Source: an uncultured bacterium
Lineage (GTDB): Bacteria > Actinomycetota > Acidimicrobiia > Spongiisociales > UBA5794
Direction of reading: 5' to 3'
DNA: 64,000 nt
NCBI GenBank assembly: GCA_963844835.1
Contig: CAWJPT010000007.1
Coordinates: 396,251-460,250 of the forward strand
The stretch's first letter is position 1. Each line of letters opens with the position of its first letter. Below, piece after piece: positions 46,816 through 59,049 of the stretch. The notes beneath the pieces were generated by a model. It was not told the DNA's origin and did no database searches. It worked only from the letters and a program-made list of their open reading frames with translations. The translations under genes and the position numbers were made by a program.

Positions 46816-47730
46816 TCACGACGCAGGGGCGACGATCGTGGGTTTCGGATCGGTCACCCAATTGCCGTAGTCGGGGTTCACCGAGATCTCGGCATCGGTC
46901 ACCGCGGCCAGATACCAGCTGCCGACGAGATCGGACGTTGCCTGGTCAACCACTGCCTGCTTGATCTGGTCGAGAGTCTCGTCGCTACGGCTGTCGACAC
47001 GCACGAGATGGAAGCCGTACGCAGTCTCGATCGGTCCGCTGACTGTTCCGATCTCAGCATTGAGCGTCGTATCGGTGAAGTCGGCGACGCCGAACTGAGA
47101 CCCGTATTGGGTTGGGGTGGCACAGCCGAGCTCACCGCCGCTCGACCCACTCGTGGTGTCGAGGGAGAGCTCCGAAGCGAGTGAGGCGAAGTCCTCACCG
47201 TCGTCGAGCCGGGCGAGTGCCGCGTTGGCTTCGTCTTCGGTGCCAAGCAGAATGTGTGATGTGCAGGCGATCGTCCACGAGGCAGGGTCATCGACGAGCA
47301 ACTGCTGAGCATCCTCGTCCGTGGGGGCGGTGACTCTGCCCCGCATGATCTCGATCATCTGCTCGCCGATCATGAGCTGCTCGGCATACATGAGGAATCC
47401 GTCCTCGGAGACCTGATTGCTGTCCAGGTATTCCTCACGGGTACCGCCGGTGTCGGCAACGAGGCCGTCGGAGTATTCGGAGATCTCCGCATCGGTGAAG
47501 TCGATGTCGAACTCGTTCCGTGCCGCATCGGCGATTGCCGTCCATTGGATCACCGCAGTGAGCACCTCGCGGAACTGCGAGACGTCGAGCGGCTCCTCCG
47601 CCCGTACCAGGCCTTCGACCGATGCCGAGTCAATGTCGACACCGTTCACCGTGGCGGCAACACCGTTACCGCCGCCACAAGAAGCAGCAAGGAGCATCGT
47701 CGCCACGACGGCGACCAGATAACGCTTCAA
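46816..47730 (-). CDS. peptidylprolyl isomerase lipoprotein (PrsA/SurA-like parvulin)
   Basis: Lipobox MKRYLVAVVATMLLAASCGG. The parvulin core is SHILLGTEDEANAALARLDDGEDFASLASELS...GGELG...TAYGFHLVRV. Confidence 0.8.
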   Translation of the reverse strand: MKRYLVAVVATMLLAASCGGGNGVAATVNGVDIDSASVEGLVRAEEPLDVSQFREVLTAVIQWTAIADAARNEFDIDFTDAEISEYSDGLVADTGGTREEYLDSNQVSEDGFLMYAEQLMIGEQMIEIMRGRVTAPTDEDAQQLLVDDPASWTIACTSHILLGTEDEANAALARLDDGEDFASLASELSLDTTSGSSGGELGCATPTQYGSQFGVADFTDTTLNAEIGTVSGPIETAYGFHLVRVDSRSDETLDQIKQAVVDQATSDLVGSWYLAAVTDAEISVNPDYGNWVTDPKPTIVAPAS

Positions 47731-47796
47731 GAGAACACCTCAAGAGAGTGGGGAAGAACAGGCGCCCACGATACACCGCCTCCGAGTAAACGAGAT

Positions 47797-50700
47797 CTAG
47801 GGCAACACCTCGTCCGAGGATGCCTGGTCCATAGGCACTTCGAAGCTCACCGGACGTTCCTCTCCCGTGGTCACTGCGCCGTCGACCATCTCGTTCCAGG
47901 TCCCCGATGTGTTGGTGTCGTTGTCGACAGCCGATTTTGCGTCTTCTGCACTGGTGCGACGAGCCACGACGGCGCGGGCGGCTTCCAGTGCGGAATCGAG
48001 CCTGGCCAAGGCCTCTTGAGCGGTGGTACCCGACGTCTCATTTGATTGCGACGGCACGGACTCGATCGCGGCCAGGGCGTCGGCCTGCTTCTTGGCCTCG
48101 GTGAGAATGCCCTCTGCCTGTTCATGTGCCTTCTCGAGAGCCTCAATCCCCTCTCGCTCCACCTCGGCCCAGCGTCGTTGCAACAGCGTGCGCTCGCTGA
48201 CGAACGCCTCCTGCGCATCCGCGAGGAGTGTTTCCCTCCGGCGCAGCTTGTCCGACTCGTCCTCGAGCCGCTTTCGGTCTGCCACCAACCCCTCTCGTGC
48301 CGACTCCAGCGCCTTCTTCTCGGCGTCGAGGCGCTCGAACTCGATCGCAAGTGCGTCCTGATCCTTGGCGAGTTCCGCCTTTGCGTCGAACACCGAGTGC
48401 TGTTCGGCCTTCGCTTGTGCTAGTGCCTGCCGAGCGAGGTCCTCCGCCTCAAGCTCGGCGTTGCTGATGAGGTCCAGGGCTCTCGCCGCAGCAGCCTCGC
48501 GCTCGTCGTCGGCCGCTCTGCGAATCTCATCCGCCTCCGCCTCCGCCTTCTCTACCAACTCGACCACCTGGTTCGCCGCGTCCTCTCCGATGGCGGCTAT
48601 GCGTGCCTTCTCAGCTGCGACGAGCTCGGCCGCTTCCTCCTCCGCTTTTGCCACCAACTCCGCGGCCCGGTGTACCGCAGCCTCGCGCTCGGCGCTTGCC
48701 GCGGCGGTGACCTCGGCGGCCTCCGCCTCGGCCCGTGCCGCAACCTGTTCTGCAGCCGCGGTGGCGGCAAGGTGAATCTCATCCGCCTCGCGGCGAGCTG
48801 CGGCGAGAAGCTGCTCGATCTCCGCTCGCCCGGAGGTCTGCTCGGCGGCCACCGCCTCCGAGATATCCGCCGCCTCCTGCTCGGCCTTGGCGATCAACTC
48901 TGCGGCCCTGGCCACTGCCATCTCGCGTTCTGATTCCACCGCAGCGCGCACTTCGTCGGCCTCGACCCGCGCCTCCGCCCGTATCCGATCAGCATCTGCT
49001 CTGGCTTCCGCAAGCAAGCGCGCTACGTCAGCGTCCCTGGAAGCTCGCTCGCCTGCGACAGACTCCCGAATGTCTGCGGCTTCTTGTTCGGCTCTTGCCA
49101 CCAGTTCCGCGGCCCGAACTGCGGCCTCTTCGCCCTCGATAGCAAGTCGCGCTTGCTCGGCGGCGGCTATCTGCACAGCCTCCTCCTGGGCTCTGGCAAC
49201 CAGCTCGGCGGCAGCGCGGACGGCGGCCTCTCGTTTGCCTTCTGCGGTCGCACGGACCTGTGCAGCCGCCTCGGCCGCCACATCACGGGCGGCGATGGCG
49301 GCGGCGTGCATCTCTTCAACCTGGACCGTCGCACGACCCACCACCTCGGCGGCCTCCGCCTCGGCCTCGGCGATCATCTCGGCTCGCTGCCTGGCAGCGT
49401 CCGCCAGCATGGCGTCGATCTCGCGCTCGGCTTCCGCAAGAGTCTCTGCGGCGCCACGCTCGGCGTCCTGCTCGATGTGCTCGGCGCGGAGCAGCGCTGC
49501 ATCGACCTTGGCATGCGCCTCTTCGCGCCCCTTTCCGATTTCGGCCGCCAGCTCCTCACGGCGATCGGCCAGCTCGGACTCGATCTCGATCATGCGCTGC
49601 TTGCGCAGGGACTCTGCGCGCTTCTCGGCGAAGGCGACGACCTCGGCGCCACGGTCCTCCGCTTGGATCATCAGTGATGCGGCCGCGGCGCGACGCTTCT
49701 CGACGTACTCGTCAGCGGCCATCCGCCTCGCCTCTTCGACGTGACGCGCCGATTGCTCGGCCGCAGACCGTATCACCGCGGCCTCCTGGGAGGCGGCCGT
49801 CAAACGGGACTGTGCCTCGTCCTCGAGATTCTCCGCGCGTGCGATTGCATCGCGGATCATCCGCTCGGCTTCTTCCTGTGCTTCTTGCCGTGTGATGTTG
49901 GCGGCGGCGACCGCATCGGCGGTGACCCTCTCCACCTCGGTGCGGCTCCGCTCCAGGGCAATCGAAGCCATATCCGCCTCGCGACGCAGTCGACGGGCCT
50001 CCTGCTCGGCATCATCACGGACCTGCCGGGAATCCTTCTCGCGCTGTTCACTTTCAGCGAGCTTCCGTGCCGCGACTTCTAGTTGCTGCTCGGCAGTGGC
50101 GATGATGGCGGCGGCCTCCGCTTCAGCGCTCTCTCGCTTCTGCCGCCCCGCACGGTCTGCGGTGGCGAGGATCTCGGCGGCAGTTGCCTCTGCAGAGGCG
50201 ATCCGCCCGGCTGCTCGGAGCTCGACCGCTCCCATCTCCTCGGCATGGTGCTCCGCTTCCGACCGGAGTGCTGCGATCTCTGCGTTTGCCGACTCCTGTG
50301 CCGCCGCAAGCTGACGCTCCCGCTCGGCGATTCTTCGCTCGGCATCGATCCCGGCCCGCGCCGCTTCACGCTCTCGCTGATCCGCCGCGGCCAGCCGCTC
50401 CTCGATGTCGGCTCGCATCGCCTCAATCTCCTCGTCGATTGCAGCGAGCTTCATCTGGGCGGCGGCCTGATCATGCTCAGCCGCCTCCCTGATCGTGCCT
50501 GCGAGTCTCTGGGCGTCGTCGACAGTCGACTCTGCAGAACGGTGCGCCGCGCTGACCTCGGCCGCGGTGCGGGCAATCGCATTGTCCAGGTCGGCCCTGG
50601 CCTCATCGACGGCCGCAAACATGGCGGCGGTCTGTTCCTCGGCATCGGCTTTGCGCTCGGAGACATAGCGATCCGCCCCGGCACGCAAGTCATCGAGCTC

Positions 50701-51402
50701 GTCCCGCAACTGCTGGCGGGCCTCCTCGGCCTGTCGTCTTGCCAACATGACGATCTCGGCGGCCTCATGACGGGCGACGTCGAGCTGCTCGTCGGCGATG
50801 AGCTGGGCATCGACCTCGACTCGTTGCGCCTTCTTGCGAGCCGTGGCAAGCAGCTGAGCTGCTTCATCGCGTGCCGACATGAGTATCTGGGGGGCATCGA
50901 CACGGGCCTGCCCCAGCAAGGCTTCCGCCTCCTCACGAGCGGCACGCGCCTTCAGCCGGGTCACCTCGGCGTCCGTCGTCGCCACCGCAAGCGCCTCGCT
51001 CGCCGTTGCCGACAACGATGCGGCTTCGGACCGCATCCTGGCGCTTGCCGCAAGAGCCTCAGCGACCTCCACCTCGGCACGCGCCCGTATCGAACTGGCA
51101 CGCGCTTCTGCTGCGGCCAGTAGGTCCCTCGTGGTCTCGTCAACGCTCTCCCCGAGTCGGCGCGCAAAGGAGGGCTCGACGTCGTGAGCTCGCGTGGTCT
51201 CGCCTATCTCCGGCGAGCCCACGGCGGATGAAGCATCGACCGGATCCGCAGGCGGGGCGAGTGGGGACTCCTCCGACTCGACAACGGGGACCACGGCTGC
51301 GGCGCCGCTACGGAAACGGCGCCGCCGTGCCCCGTCACTGACTTCATCAACGGATGATGTTGCTTCACGCCCTTCGGCGATCCTCTTGTTTCGCTTCATC
51401 AC
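47797..51402 (-). CDS. giant Ala/Glu/Arg-rich coiled-coil protein (1,201 aa)
   Basis: Uninterrupted ORF of near-continuous helix-former composition. A recurring motif of the AAELVAKAEQEAADI type occurs at least six times, and the termini are acidic and non-repetitive. The gene lies 32 nt downstream of the DivIVA-domain gene. Confidence 0.8.
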   Translation of the reverse strand: MMKRNKRIAEGREATSSVDEVSDGARRRRFRSGAAAVVPVVESEESPLAPPADPVDASSAVGSPEIGETTRAHDVEPSFARRLGESVDETTRDLLAAAEARASSIRARAEVEVAEALAASARMRSEAASLSATASEALAVATTDAEVTRLKARAAREEAEALLGQARVDAPQILMSARDEAAQLLATARKKAQRVEVDAQLIADEQLDVARHEAAEIVMLARRQAEEARQQLRDELDDLRAGADRYVSERKADAEEQTAAMFAAVDEARADLDNAIARTAAEVSAAHRSAESTVDDAQRLAGTIREAAEHDQAAAQMKLAAIDEEIEAMRADIEERLAAADQREREAARAGIDAERRIAERERQLAAAQESANAEIAALRSEAEHHAEEMGAVELRAAGRIASAEATAAEILATADRAGRQKRESAEAEAAAIIATAEQQLEVAARKLAESEQREKDSRQVRDDAEQEARRLRREADMASIALERSRTEVERVTADAVAAANITRQEAQEEAERMIRDAIARAENLEDEAQSRLTAASQEAAVIRSAAEQSARHVEEARRMAADEYVEKRRAAAASLMIQAEDRGAEVVAFAEKRAESLRKQRMIEIESELADRREELAAEIGKGREEAHAKVDAALLRAEHIEQDAERGAAETLAEAEREIDAMLADAARQRAEMIAEAEAEAAEVVGRATVQVEEMHAAAIAARDVAAEAAAQVRATAEGKREAAVRAAAELVARAQEEAVQIAAAEQARLAIEGEEAAVRAAELVARAEQEAADIRESVAGERASRDADVARLLAEARADADRIRAEARVEADEVRAAVESEREMAVARAAELIAKAEQEAADISEAVAAEQTSGRAEIEQLLAAARREADEIHLAATAAAEQVAARAEAEAAEVTAAASAEREAAVHRAAELVAKAEEEAAELVAAEKARIAAIGEDAANQVVELVEKAEAEADEIRRAADDEREAAAARALDLISNAELEAEDLARQALAQAKAEQHSVFDAKAELAKDQDALAIEFERLDAEKKALESAREGLVADRKRLEDESDKLRRRETLLADAQEAFVSERTLLQRRWAEVEREGIEALEKAHEQAEGILTEAKKQADALAAIESVPSQSNETSGTTAQEALARLDSALEAARAVVARRTSAEDAKSAVDNDTNTSGTWNEMVDGAVTTGEERPVSFEVPMDQASSDEVLP

Positions 51403-51434
51403 GCCGTCTCAATGGGAGGTAGGAGGGCTCAGGA

Positions 51435-54400
51435 CTAGCTACGGTGCTTGCTGCCGCTGATGATCGCGTTGCGCAGTCCACTGCCCGAGGTCTTCGAGTC
51501 ACCCTCGTCGATTCTCGGCAGACGCCGGCCCTTGCGGGTATAGCGGCTCTCACCGAGATCTTCTTCTCTCGATTTCTCTCCCTCATCCGCTTTGCTGTCG
51601 GCAGACTCAGCATCCTCTGTGGCCTCTGCAGCCTCGTCAGTCGGTTCCGCGGCTTCGGCCGCGGTATCGGCAGTCTCATCCTCGGCGTCTTCCGCTGAGC
51701 TCACGGTCTCTTCTTCGGACCATTGCATGTCCCAGCTGCCTCGTGACGAGACGGCCTCGTCGGATTTCACCGGCGTGGCGACGTTCTCCAGACTCGGCGG
51801 CTCGGGAGCCGTTGCGTCGAGACGAGCCAGCTCTTGCTCGAGCTCGTTGAGCGCATCGGTGATCGTTCCCCCGTCGCCTTCGGCCTGTGACGCTATCTCT
51901 GCAGCGAATGCCTCGCGATCGGCGAGAAGCTCCGCCTGATCGAGCTCCAGCTGCGCCTGGGTCTGCTCGAACTCGACGCGGCTCTTCTCGAACTCGGCAC
52001 GCTGCTTCTCCAGCTCGGCGCGCAGCTCGGCAAGACGTGCCGCCTCGTCGTGTTCGTCGGCATGACCGATGACACGGCGGGCCTCGGACCAGGCGCGCTC
52101 GATGATCGCGTCCGCCTCCTGCTGGGCACCTTCGAGCAACTGAGTGCCCTTGCGCTCCAGCTCATCCCAACGAGACTCGGTTCTGGCAATCTCACGCTTG
52201 AGTTCTGCCCGCTCTTGCTCGACCAGAGATTTGGAGGCATCCAGGGCGGCGCGCTCCTTGTCGAGTTGGGCGCGCCACGCGGCCAACTCGGTGCGCCACG
52301 CTTCGATTGCCTCGCGTTCCTGCGCGATCTCCTGTCGGCGCAGATCGGTCTGCACACGCTCTTCGCTCGTCTGCGCTTTGGTCTCTTCGAGCATGCGGGT
52401 CACATCGGCACGGGCCCTGGCCAGTGTCTCCTCGGCGTCACGCCTCGCCAGCTCCGTTTGAGACTTCTGCGCCGCAAGGGTCGACTGCTCTATCTCTATC
52501 TCGTTGCGCTGGGCATCGAGCTCCTCAGACAGCTTGGTGAGACGCTCGGACTCGGCACGATTGGCCAGGCCACGCTCGATTGCCTCGCGCTCGGCGCTTG
52601 CCCTGATCGACTCTGCCTCGGTCTTCGCCCTATCGAGGACTGCGGTCGCCTCGGCGTGCTCATCACGTGCTTGACGGCGTGCCTCTTCTGCCTCGGAGAG
52701 CAGACGGCGGGCATCTGCCTTGACCATGTCGGATTCGGCAGCCGCGGCGCTCCGGATCTCCCCAGCAGCCTCTCCTGCAGTGCGACGGGCTGCGACACCT
52801 TCCCGCTGGGCGGCAGCCAATGATGCCTCGCCCTCGGCCGTGAGCTTTCGCTTGGTGGCTTCAGCACCCGCCGCTATCTCGGTGGCACGCTGCTCGGCCT
52901 CGACGATCTTCTCGGCAGCCTCTGAATCGGCGAGCGCAAGCCGCTCTTGCACGGTCGTCTCTGCCTCGGCAACGAGCCGGGCCGCTTCGCCCCGAGCGGA
53001 CTCGACGATCCCGGAGCTCTTCGCCTTCGCTTGCTCGACTTCTTCGATCGCCTGCTGCTTGAGCACTGCAACCTCGGCGTGAGCGGCTGCGATACCCGCC
53101 TCCATCTCCGCTCTCTCCACCTCGAGGTCCTGCATGCTGCCTGCAAGCGTTTCCTCGCTCTCGACGATGGCGGCCATTCGGACCGAGAACTCCTCTTTGG
53201 CCTGGGCGGCCTGACGGTCGAGGTCTGCTTGGCGATTGGCCGCAGCCTGTTCGGCGGCGGCGATGATGCCCTCTGCCTTGGCTTCGGCGTCGACAATGGA
53301 AGCGGCCGCCTTCTCCTCGTCCCTGCGGGCATTGTCAGCACGGGCACGGGCTTCCTTGTGGGCACGCTCAGTCTTGAGACGCAGCGTGTCGACTTCCTCC
53401 TGAGCACGAGCGCGCAACTCCTCGATCTCGGCGGTGAGCCGGGCTTTCTCCTCTTCGCCTTCCTGAGTGGCGATGAGACCGATCCGCTCGGCCTCACGGT
53501 TGGCGTCATCGAGGACGCTCTTGGACTCGAGACGGGCACTGCGCAGCGCGGCTTCGGCCGTCTCCTGCGCCGAAGATGCCTCTGCCATCATGCGCTCGGC
53601 TTGAGACCGCGCCTCGTTGACCTCTGCTTCGACCTGGACACGCAACTTGGCAACATCGTCGTCGGCAAGCGAGCGCACCCGCTTTGCCGCCTGGTCTGCT
53701 TCCGATCGCACCCGGGCCGCGTAATTGTCCGCCGTCCTGGACAGCATCTGGACTCTCGCCTCGGCCTCGGCTGTCGTCGTCTCGGCTTCCTCGCGAGCGG
53801 CATCGATCGTCTGCTTGGCCTTCGCCATCAGCGCGTTTGCCTCTGCCGTCATCTGACCGGCCTCGGCACTGGCGGCCGCCAGCTTCTCCCGTGCCTGCGC
53901 GGTGGCTGCCGCAGCTTCGGCACGTAGCCGAGCGGCATCCTGCGAGGCCTCGGCGGCGACTGCTTCGGCGCGTGCCGGTGATCGAGGCCGCACGAGCGTT
54001 GGCCGCGTCGAGGGTACCGCGTGCCAGCTCGTCGAGATTTGCCCCGGTGACGCCCGCGACGCGGGCCTCCATCTCGATCTGCTTTGCGTCTGCGATGATT
54101 CCCGCGGCCTTCTGCTCGGCGCGGGCAAGAACAACGGCTGCTTCCTTCTTGGCGAGAACAACGCTTTCGTGGGTTGGGGACACATGCTCGGCACCGGTGG
54201 CTGTTGCCGGGCTGGTGGAAACCGGAGCCGCGGCTGCGAGACGCTCGGCTTCTTCCTGTGCCCTCGTAACGAGGTCCCGAGCCTTGTCTCTGGCCTCATC
54301 TTCGATCTGGCGGGCACGCTCCTTGGCCCGATCGATGATCCGTTCCTTGGCCGCGAGCATCGACTTCATCTGCTCGTCGTCCGCCTGAGGACCACCTTCG

Positions 54401-54657
54401 GCCTGCGACCCCGCGGACACCTGTCCCTCGAGATCGGCGATACGGGCCGTCGCTTCTGCGAGCCGCGCCTCGTTCTCCTCGAGACGGGACGATGCATCGG
54501 TGAGTCTTCGTTCCGCGAGCGCGGCTGAAGACGCCAGCTTGTCGTATGTCTGCTGTATCTCATCGAGATACGCTTCGACCTCGTCTTTCTCGAACCCTCT
54601 CCGGGCTGTCGAGAATTTGGGCCGCACGGGTCCGGTTGGGGCATTTGCGCTGTTCAT
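51435..54657 (-). CDS. DivIVA domain-containing giant coiled-coil protein (~1,074 aa; one frame break near 53972)
   Basis: AGGAAG lies upstream of ATG 54655-54657. The N-terminus MNSANAPTGPVRPKFSTARRGFEKDEVEAYLDEIQQTYDKL is the DivIVA signature. The frame switches between ...LDAANARAASITG (ORF 53506..54681) and RAEAVAAEASQDAARLRAEAAAA... (ORF 51435..54317). Confidence 0.8.
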
Positions 54658-54725
54658 AGGACTTCCTATCGGCCATACCAACCCTGTCTTGATCCATAAG
54701 TAGCGCCATTTGCAGGAATGCCTGA

Positions 54726-54735
54726 TGACTAGTCA
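54726..54735. promoter_or_regulatory. palindromic motif TGACTAGTCA (site C), candidate operator
   Basis: Exact copy 69 nt upstream of the DivIVA-domain gene start (54657) and 214 nt upstream of the divergent rocD. An extra AGTCA half-site lies 4 nt downstream. Confidence 0.5.
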
Positions 54736-54948
54736 CCCCAGTCATATAGGAGCTCCGCCTGCGCCAACTCGGGGCACAGAGGGAGACGAACGACATTGTG
54801 GATAGGCCAAGGCCGGGTCATGCCACCAACCACAAAGCAATCTCGACCATCAACAGCCCAAGCGAGACTCCCCGCCGCAGCACACGGAATGGGCCGGATC
54901 CAATAGGATTGCGGCGTTCGGCATGTGGTTCCGCATGTGGAGGTGCGA

Positions 54949-56151
54949 ATGAGCTCGACTCCGGATCTGATCGAAAGCGAATTGCGCCTCGGCGCCCACA
55001 ATTACAAACCGCTCGATGTCGTGCTGACACGAGGCAAGGGTTGCTGGGTGTGGGACGTTGACGGGAACCGATACCTCGACTGTCTGTCCGCGTACTCGGC
55101 CGTAAACCAGGGCCATTGCCACCCGCGGATCTATGCAACGATGGTCGAGCAGGCCTCGCGGCTCACCTTGACCTCACGCGCTTTCCGTAACGACCAGCTC
55201 GCTCTCCTTTACGAGGATCTCGCCCGGCTCACCGGCAGCCACAAGATCCTGCCGATGAACAGCGGCGCGGAGGCCGTTGAGTCGGCGATCAAGGCTGTCC
55301 GCAAGTGGGGCTATGAGGTGCGCGGCGTCCCGGCAGGCAAAGCCGAGATCATCGTGTGCGCCAACAACTTCCACGGTAGGACGATCGGCATCGTCGGCTT
55401 CAGCACCGATCCAGTCGCCAGGAGCGGGTTCGGGCCTTTCGCTCCGGGGTTCACCGTCATTCCCTTTGGTGACATAGACGCATTCACGAATGCGATTACC
55501 CCGAACACCGTGGCGTTCCTCGTCGAACCGATTCAGGGCGAAGCCGGCGTGATCATCCCGCCACCGGGCTACTTCGCCGAGGTACGCCGATTGTGCACCG
55601 AGCACGACATCACTCTGATCCTCGACGAGATCCAAACGGGTCTCGGCCGTACCGGCAAGCTACTCGCCGAAGAGCACGAGGGGATCGAAGCGGATGTCAC
55701 TTTGATCGGAAAAGCTCTCTCCGGAGGCTTCTACCCGGTGTCGGCTGTGCTGTCGAACCAGGAAGTGCTTGGTGTCCTGAGGCCGGGCGAGCATGGCAGC
55801 ACTTTTGGAGGCAACCCCCTGGCAGCGGCGGTGGCGCGTACCGCCCTCGACGTGCTCGTATCGGAGGGCATGATCGAAAACTCCGCACGCCTCGGCGCCT
55901 ATTTCCTCGAACAGCTCCGCACGATCGAGTCCGAGCATATCGAGGAAGTGCGCGGACGCGGGCTGATGCTTGCGATCGAACTGCGCCCTGAGGCCGGCGG
56001 CGCCAGGCGAGTCATCGAGTCGCTCCAGCGCCGTGGTCTGCTCGCAAAGGACACACACGAGCACACGCTTCGGATCGCACCACCGTTGGTCATCACCCGT
56101 GACGAGATCGACTGGGCTCTCGAGCAGATCGAGGCCGTGCTCACTTCCTGA
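54949..56151 (+). CDS. rocD: ornithine--oxo-acid aminotransferase
   Basis: [61 protein letters not shown]. The class-III aminotransferase PLP region is [12 protein letters not shown]. Confidence 0.88.
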   Translation: MSSTPDLIESELRLGAHNYKPLDVVLTRGKGCWVWDVDGNRYLDCLSAYSAVNQGHCHPRIYATMVEQASRLTLTSRAFRNDQLALLYEDLARLTGSHKILPMNSGAEAVESAIKAVRKWGYEVRGVPAGKAEIIVCANNFHGRTIGIVGFSTDPVARSGFGPFAPGFTVIPFGDIDAFTNAITPNTVAFLVEPIQGEAGVIIPPPGYFAEVRRLCTEHDITLILDEIQTGLGRTGKLLAEEHEGIEADVTLIGKALSGGFYPVSAVLSNQEVLGVLRPGEHGSTFGGNPLAAAVARTALDVLVSEGMIENSARLGAYFLEQLRTIESEHIEEVRGRGLMLAIELRPEAGGARRVIESLQRRGLLAKDTHEHTLRIAPPLVITRDEIDWALEQIEAVLTS

Positions 56152-56187
56152 GTGAGCAGGGGATGACGATACAGTCCCCGATCGCGG

Positions 56188-58852
56188 TTACGGCACCGAC
56201 CGCAATCGCCGATCCCGGTAGCCGGCAGCCATCGCATCCAGGTCGAAGATCGACTCTCCCTTGGCCTGGCGCTCGACCAGTTGCTGGGCCTGGGAGAGTG
56301 GTAGCGGTTTGGCGAAGTAGAAGCCCTGGCCGGTGTCACAGCCGAGCTCCTGCAGCTTGGCGAGTTGCTCCTTGGTCTCGATCCCCTCGACGATGGTCTG
56401 CAGACCCAGCGCCTGGCTGAGCCCGACCATGGTGCCGACGAACGGTGACGCCTTCTCGTCCTCCTCGGTGAGACCCTTCACGAACACCTGGTCGATCTTG
56501 AGCACATCCAACGCGAGCCGATGGAGCGAGGCAAGCGACGAGTATCCGGTGCCGAAGTCGTCGATTGCCAGGGGGCATCCCAGGCTGCGGAGATCGTCGA
56601 GACGCTGTGGCGCCGCATTCATCATCGCCGTCTCGGTGATCTCGAGCACGAGGAACCTAGGATCGAACCCCATCTCGTTGAGCACCCGACCCACCTCCTC
56701 GACGATGGACTCGTTGTCCAGTTGGCGAGCCGACAGGTTGACGGATACCTTGAACTCTCCTGGTTCGGGATGGAGCACCTCGATCCACTCCTTGAGGCGC
56801 CTGGCGGCCTCCCAGAGCACCCATCGCCCGATGTCGTGGATCAAACCAGTCTCCTCGGCGAACGGAATGAACGTCGACGGGTTCTGCCAACCCTTCAGAG
56901 AGTGCTGCCAGCGCAGCAGGGCTTCGAAGCCACGCAGCGTGCCGTCGGCCAGATTCGACGATCGGCTGGTAGAGGAGGCGCAGCTCCTGGCGAGCGATCG
57001 CCGCCTCGAGATCCTCCCGCAGTTTCAGCTGGGCGACGACCGCGGCGTGCATGCTCGACTCGAAGACACGGAAGGTGCCCTTGCCGTCGCTCTTGGCGGC
57101 GTACATGGCCGCATCTGCGTTGCGCAGTACCTGAGTCGACGTATCGCCGTACCGCCCGAAGGCGACCCCGATACTCACATCTGCCTGGATATCCCGACCT
57201 GAGATCCGTAGTGGGCTCCCAAACGCGGCGAGGATCCGCTTCGCTTTGTCGATGGCTTCTTGGACGCCACTGACCTCCTGGAGCAGTACCCCGAACTCAT
57301 CACCGCCGAGCCGGGCCACGGTGTCCTTGGCGTCGCATTCCCCGCGCAAGAGGTTCGCTGCCGCCATCAACAACTCGTCCCCGGCGCCGTGCCCGAGGCT
57401 GTCGTTGACGTCTTTGAAGTCGTCGAGGTCCATCAGTAGCACGCCGATGTCTCCGCCGGTGCGCCTGCTCATCTGTAGGGCGTGGAAAATCGCTTCACCG
57501 AATTGAGATCGATTGGCGAGTCCGGTGAGACCGTCGTGAAGTGCCTGATGCTCGAGCTCTGCCTTGAGGTGGGTCAACTCTGCCAGCGAATCCTCGAGTT
57601 GACCGTTGTCGACGGCAACCGCCACTTGCTCTGAGAGAGCGGCGAGCAGCTTCAGATCCGACGTGGAGAACAACGCGCCATCATCGAGCGGATTGGCTAC
57701 AACGATGATGCCGACATGAGTCTCTCCGACACAGATTGGAGCGACCATCGCAGCAACGATGGGGAGACGGCGATCGCCCGCCGAGGAGGCGAGTGAGCCG
57801 GACCGGTCTATGACAAACGGCTCCCGGCGCTCCTGAGCTTCGCTCCATACGACGCGCCACCGATCCAGATCGATGGCCTCCATCGCTCCGGTGTGCTCAC
57901 CGGGGCCGACGATGGTCCGGAAGCCCTTGCGCTCGGCCCCGAGCTCGAGGACGATCTCACAGAATTCCGAGTCGAACATCGAGCGAGCATGGGCGGCCGC
58001 CGAGAGCAGCGAGCCTTCTAGTTGCGGCGAGGCATGGAGCGATCTTGTCGCGTCGTAAAGCAGCCCGAGCCGAACCCGCTCCTGTTTCGAGAGTGCATAG
58101 GCTCGGAAACCGGCGAAAAGGCCGACCGCGGGAATGATCGCAAAGAAGGCCACTCGTGGTGCCGAAAAGACTGCCTCGGCGACCAGCATCCCGAGCGTCG
58201 CGTTGACCACGGTGACGAAGGCCCCGAATCCATAAGCCTCGAAGCTCTCCGAAGGCGAGGAACCGAAACCCTGCACCGCACCGGCGGCGGAGAAGATGGT
58301 GTGGCCGACGACAAATGCCGCCATCACCGCCGCCATCGTTACCAACCAACCGGTGGCGCCGAATGGATCACCACTGTGCGCAGCGAGGGCGAACACGGTG
58401 ATCGCAACGGATGCCTCGAGGAGACGCCGTCCCACGTGAAGGACCAGGATTGCGAGAGGCTCTCTGCGCTTCGATCCGATGTAGACGACTGTCGACAGCG
58501 CAACGACGGCAAGTAGCTCGACAGGACGCACCACCAGCAACCCAACGACGAGGAGGATTGCTCCCATGCTGAAAGCATGCGCTCTACCCCCGTAGCGAAT
58601 GTTGACGACCAGCCATTCGGACACATAGAAGCCGATCAACAGACCCCACCATGCCAGTGAGTTGGACAGCACTGCCGGTGCCGTCCATTTCCACCAGCCA
58701 ACCAGACCGGCGGCGACAAAGCCCGGCAGAGCGAGCAGCCAGATCCTCATGACGGCACGACGTGCCACGCGACCACGCTTCATCCGCCGGGCGGCACGCG
58801 CCGCCGCGTTCAATGCGGATTTGCGATTGCTACTCAGGGTCACTTGCACCAC
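56188..58852 (-). CDS. membrane-bound GAF-GGDEF-EAL protein (diguanylate cyclase/phosphodiesterase; one frame break near 56958)
   Basis: A polytopic N-terminus is followed by GAF, then GGDEF (RLGGDEFGVLL) and the EAL start ELRLLYQPIVE in ORF 56657..58852. It continues as LADGTLRGFEALLRW...FIPFAEETGLIHDIGRWVL...DDFGTGYSSL...EGIE in the frame of ORF 56188..56844. Confidence 0.85.
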
Positions 58853-59049
58853 CAGACGAACAACTCAGTGGGAGAGTGCTCCCAACTCTGTCAAGGTACT
58901 AAACAAACCCCTCCGGCCGGGGGAAATTCTCGAAATGAGTCGCCCGACCCACCGTCGGCAACCCGAGAGACTGCTCCGGTCCGGCAACCCTTCGACTGTC
59001 CCCTGTCGTCTTCTGGTAGGTGGCCGATGTGCCAACATGCGTCACAGTT

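Noticed and set aside
48023-51341. Numerous overlapping ORFs on both strands within the coiled-coil genes (for example 50083..51123 and 48887..49744), and similarly across 51444..54528
   Set aside because: They are a by-product of the GCN/GAR-periodic, stop-poor composition of Ala/Glu-rich coding DNA. Only the long minus-strand frames give coherent helical protein sequence.
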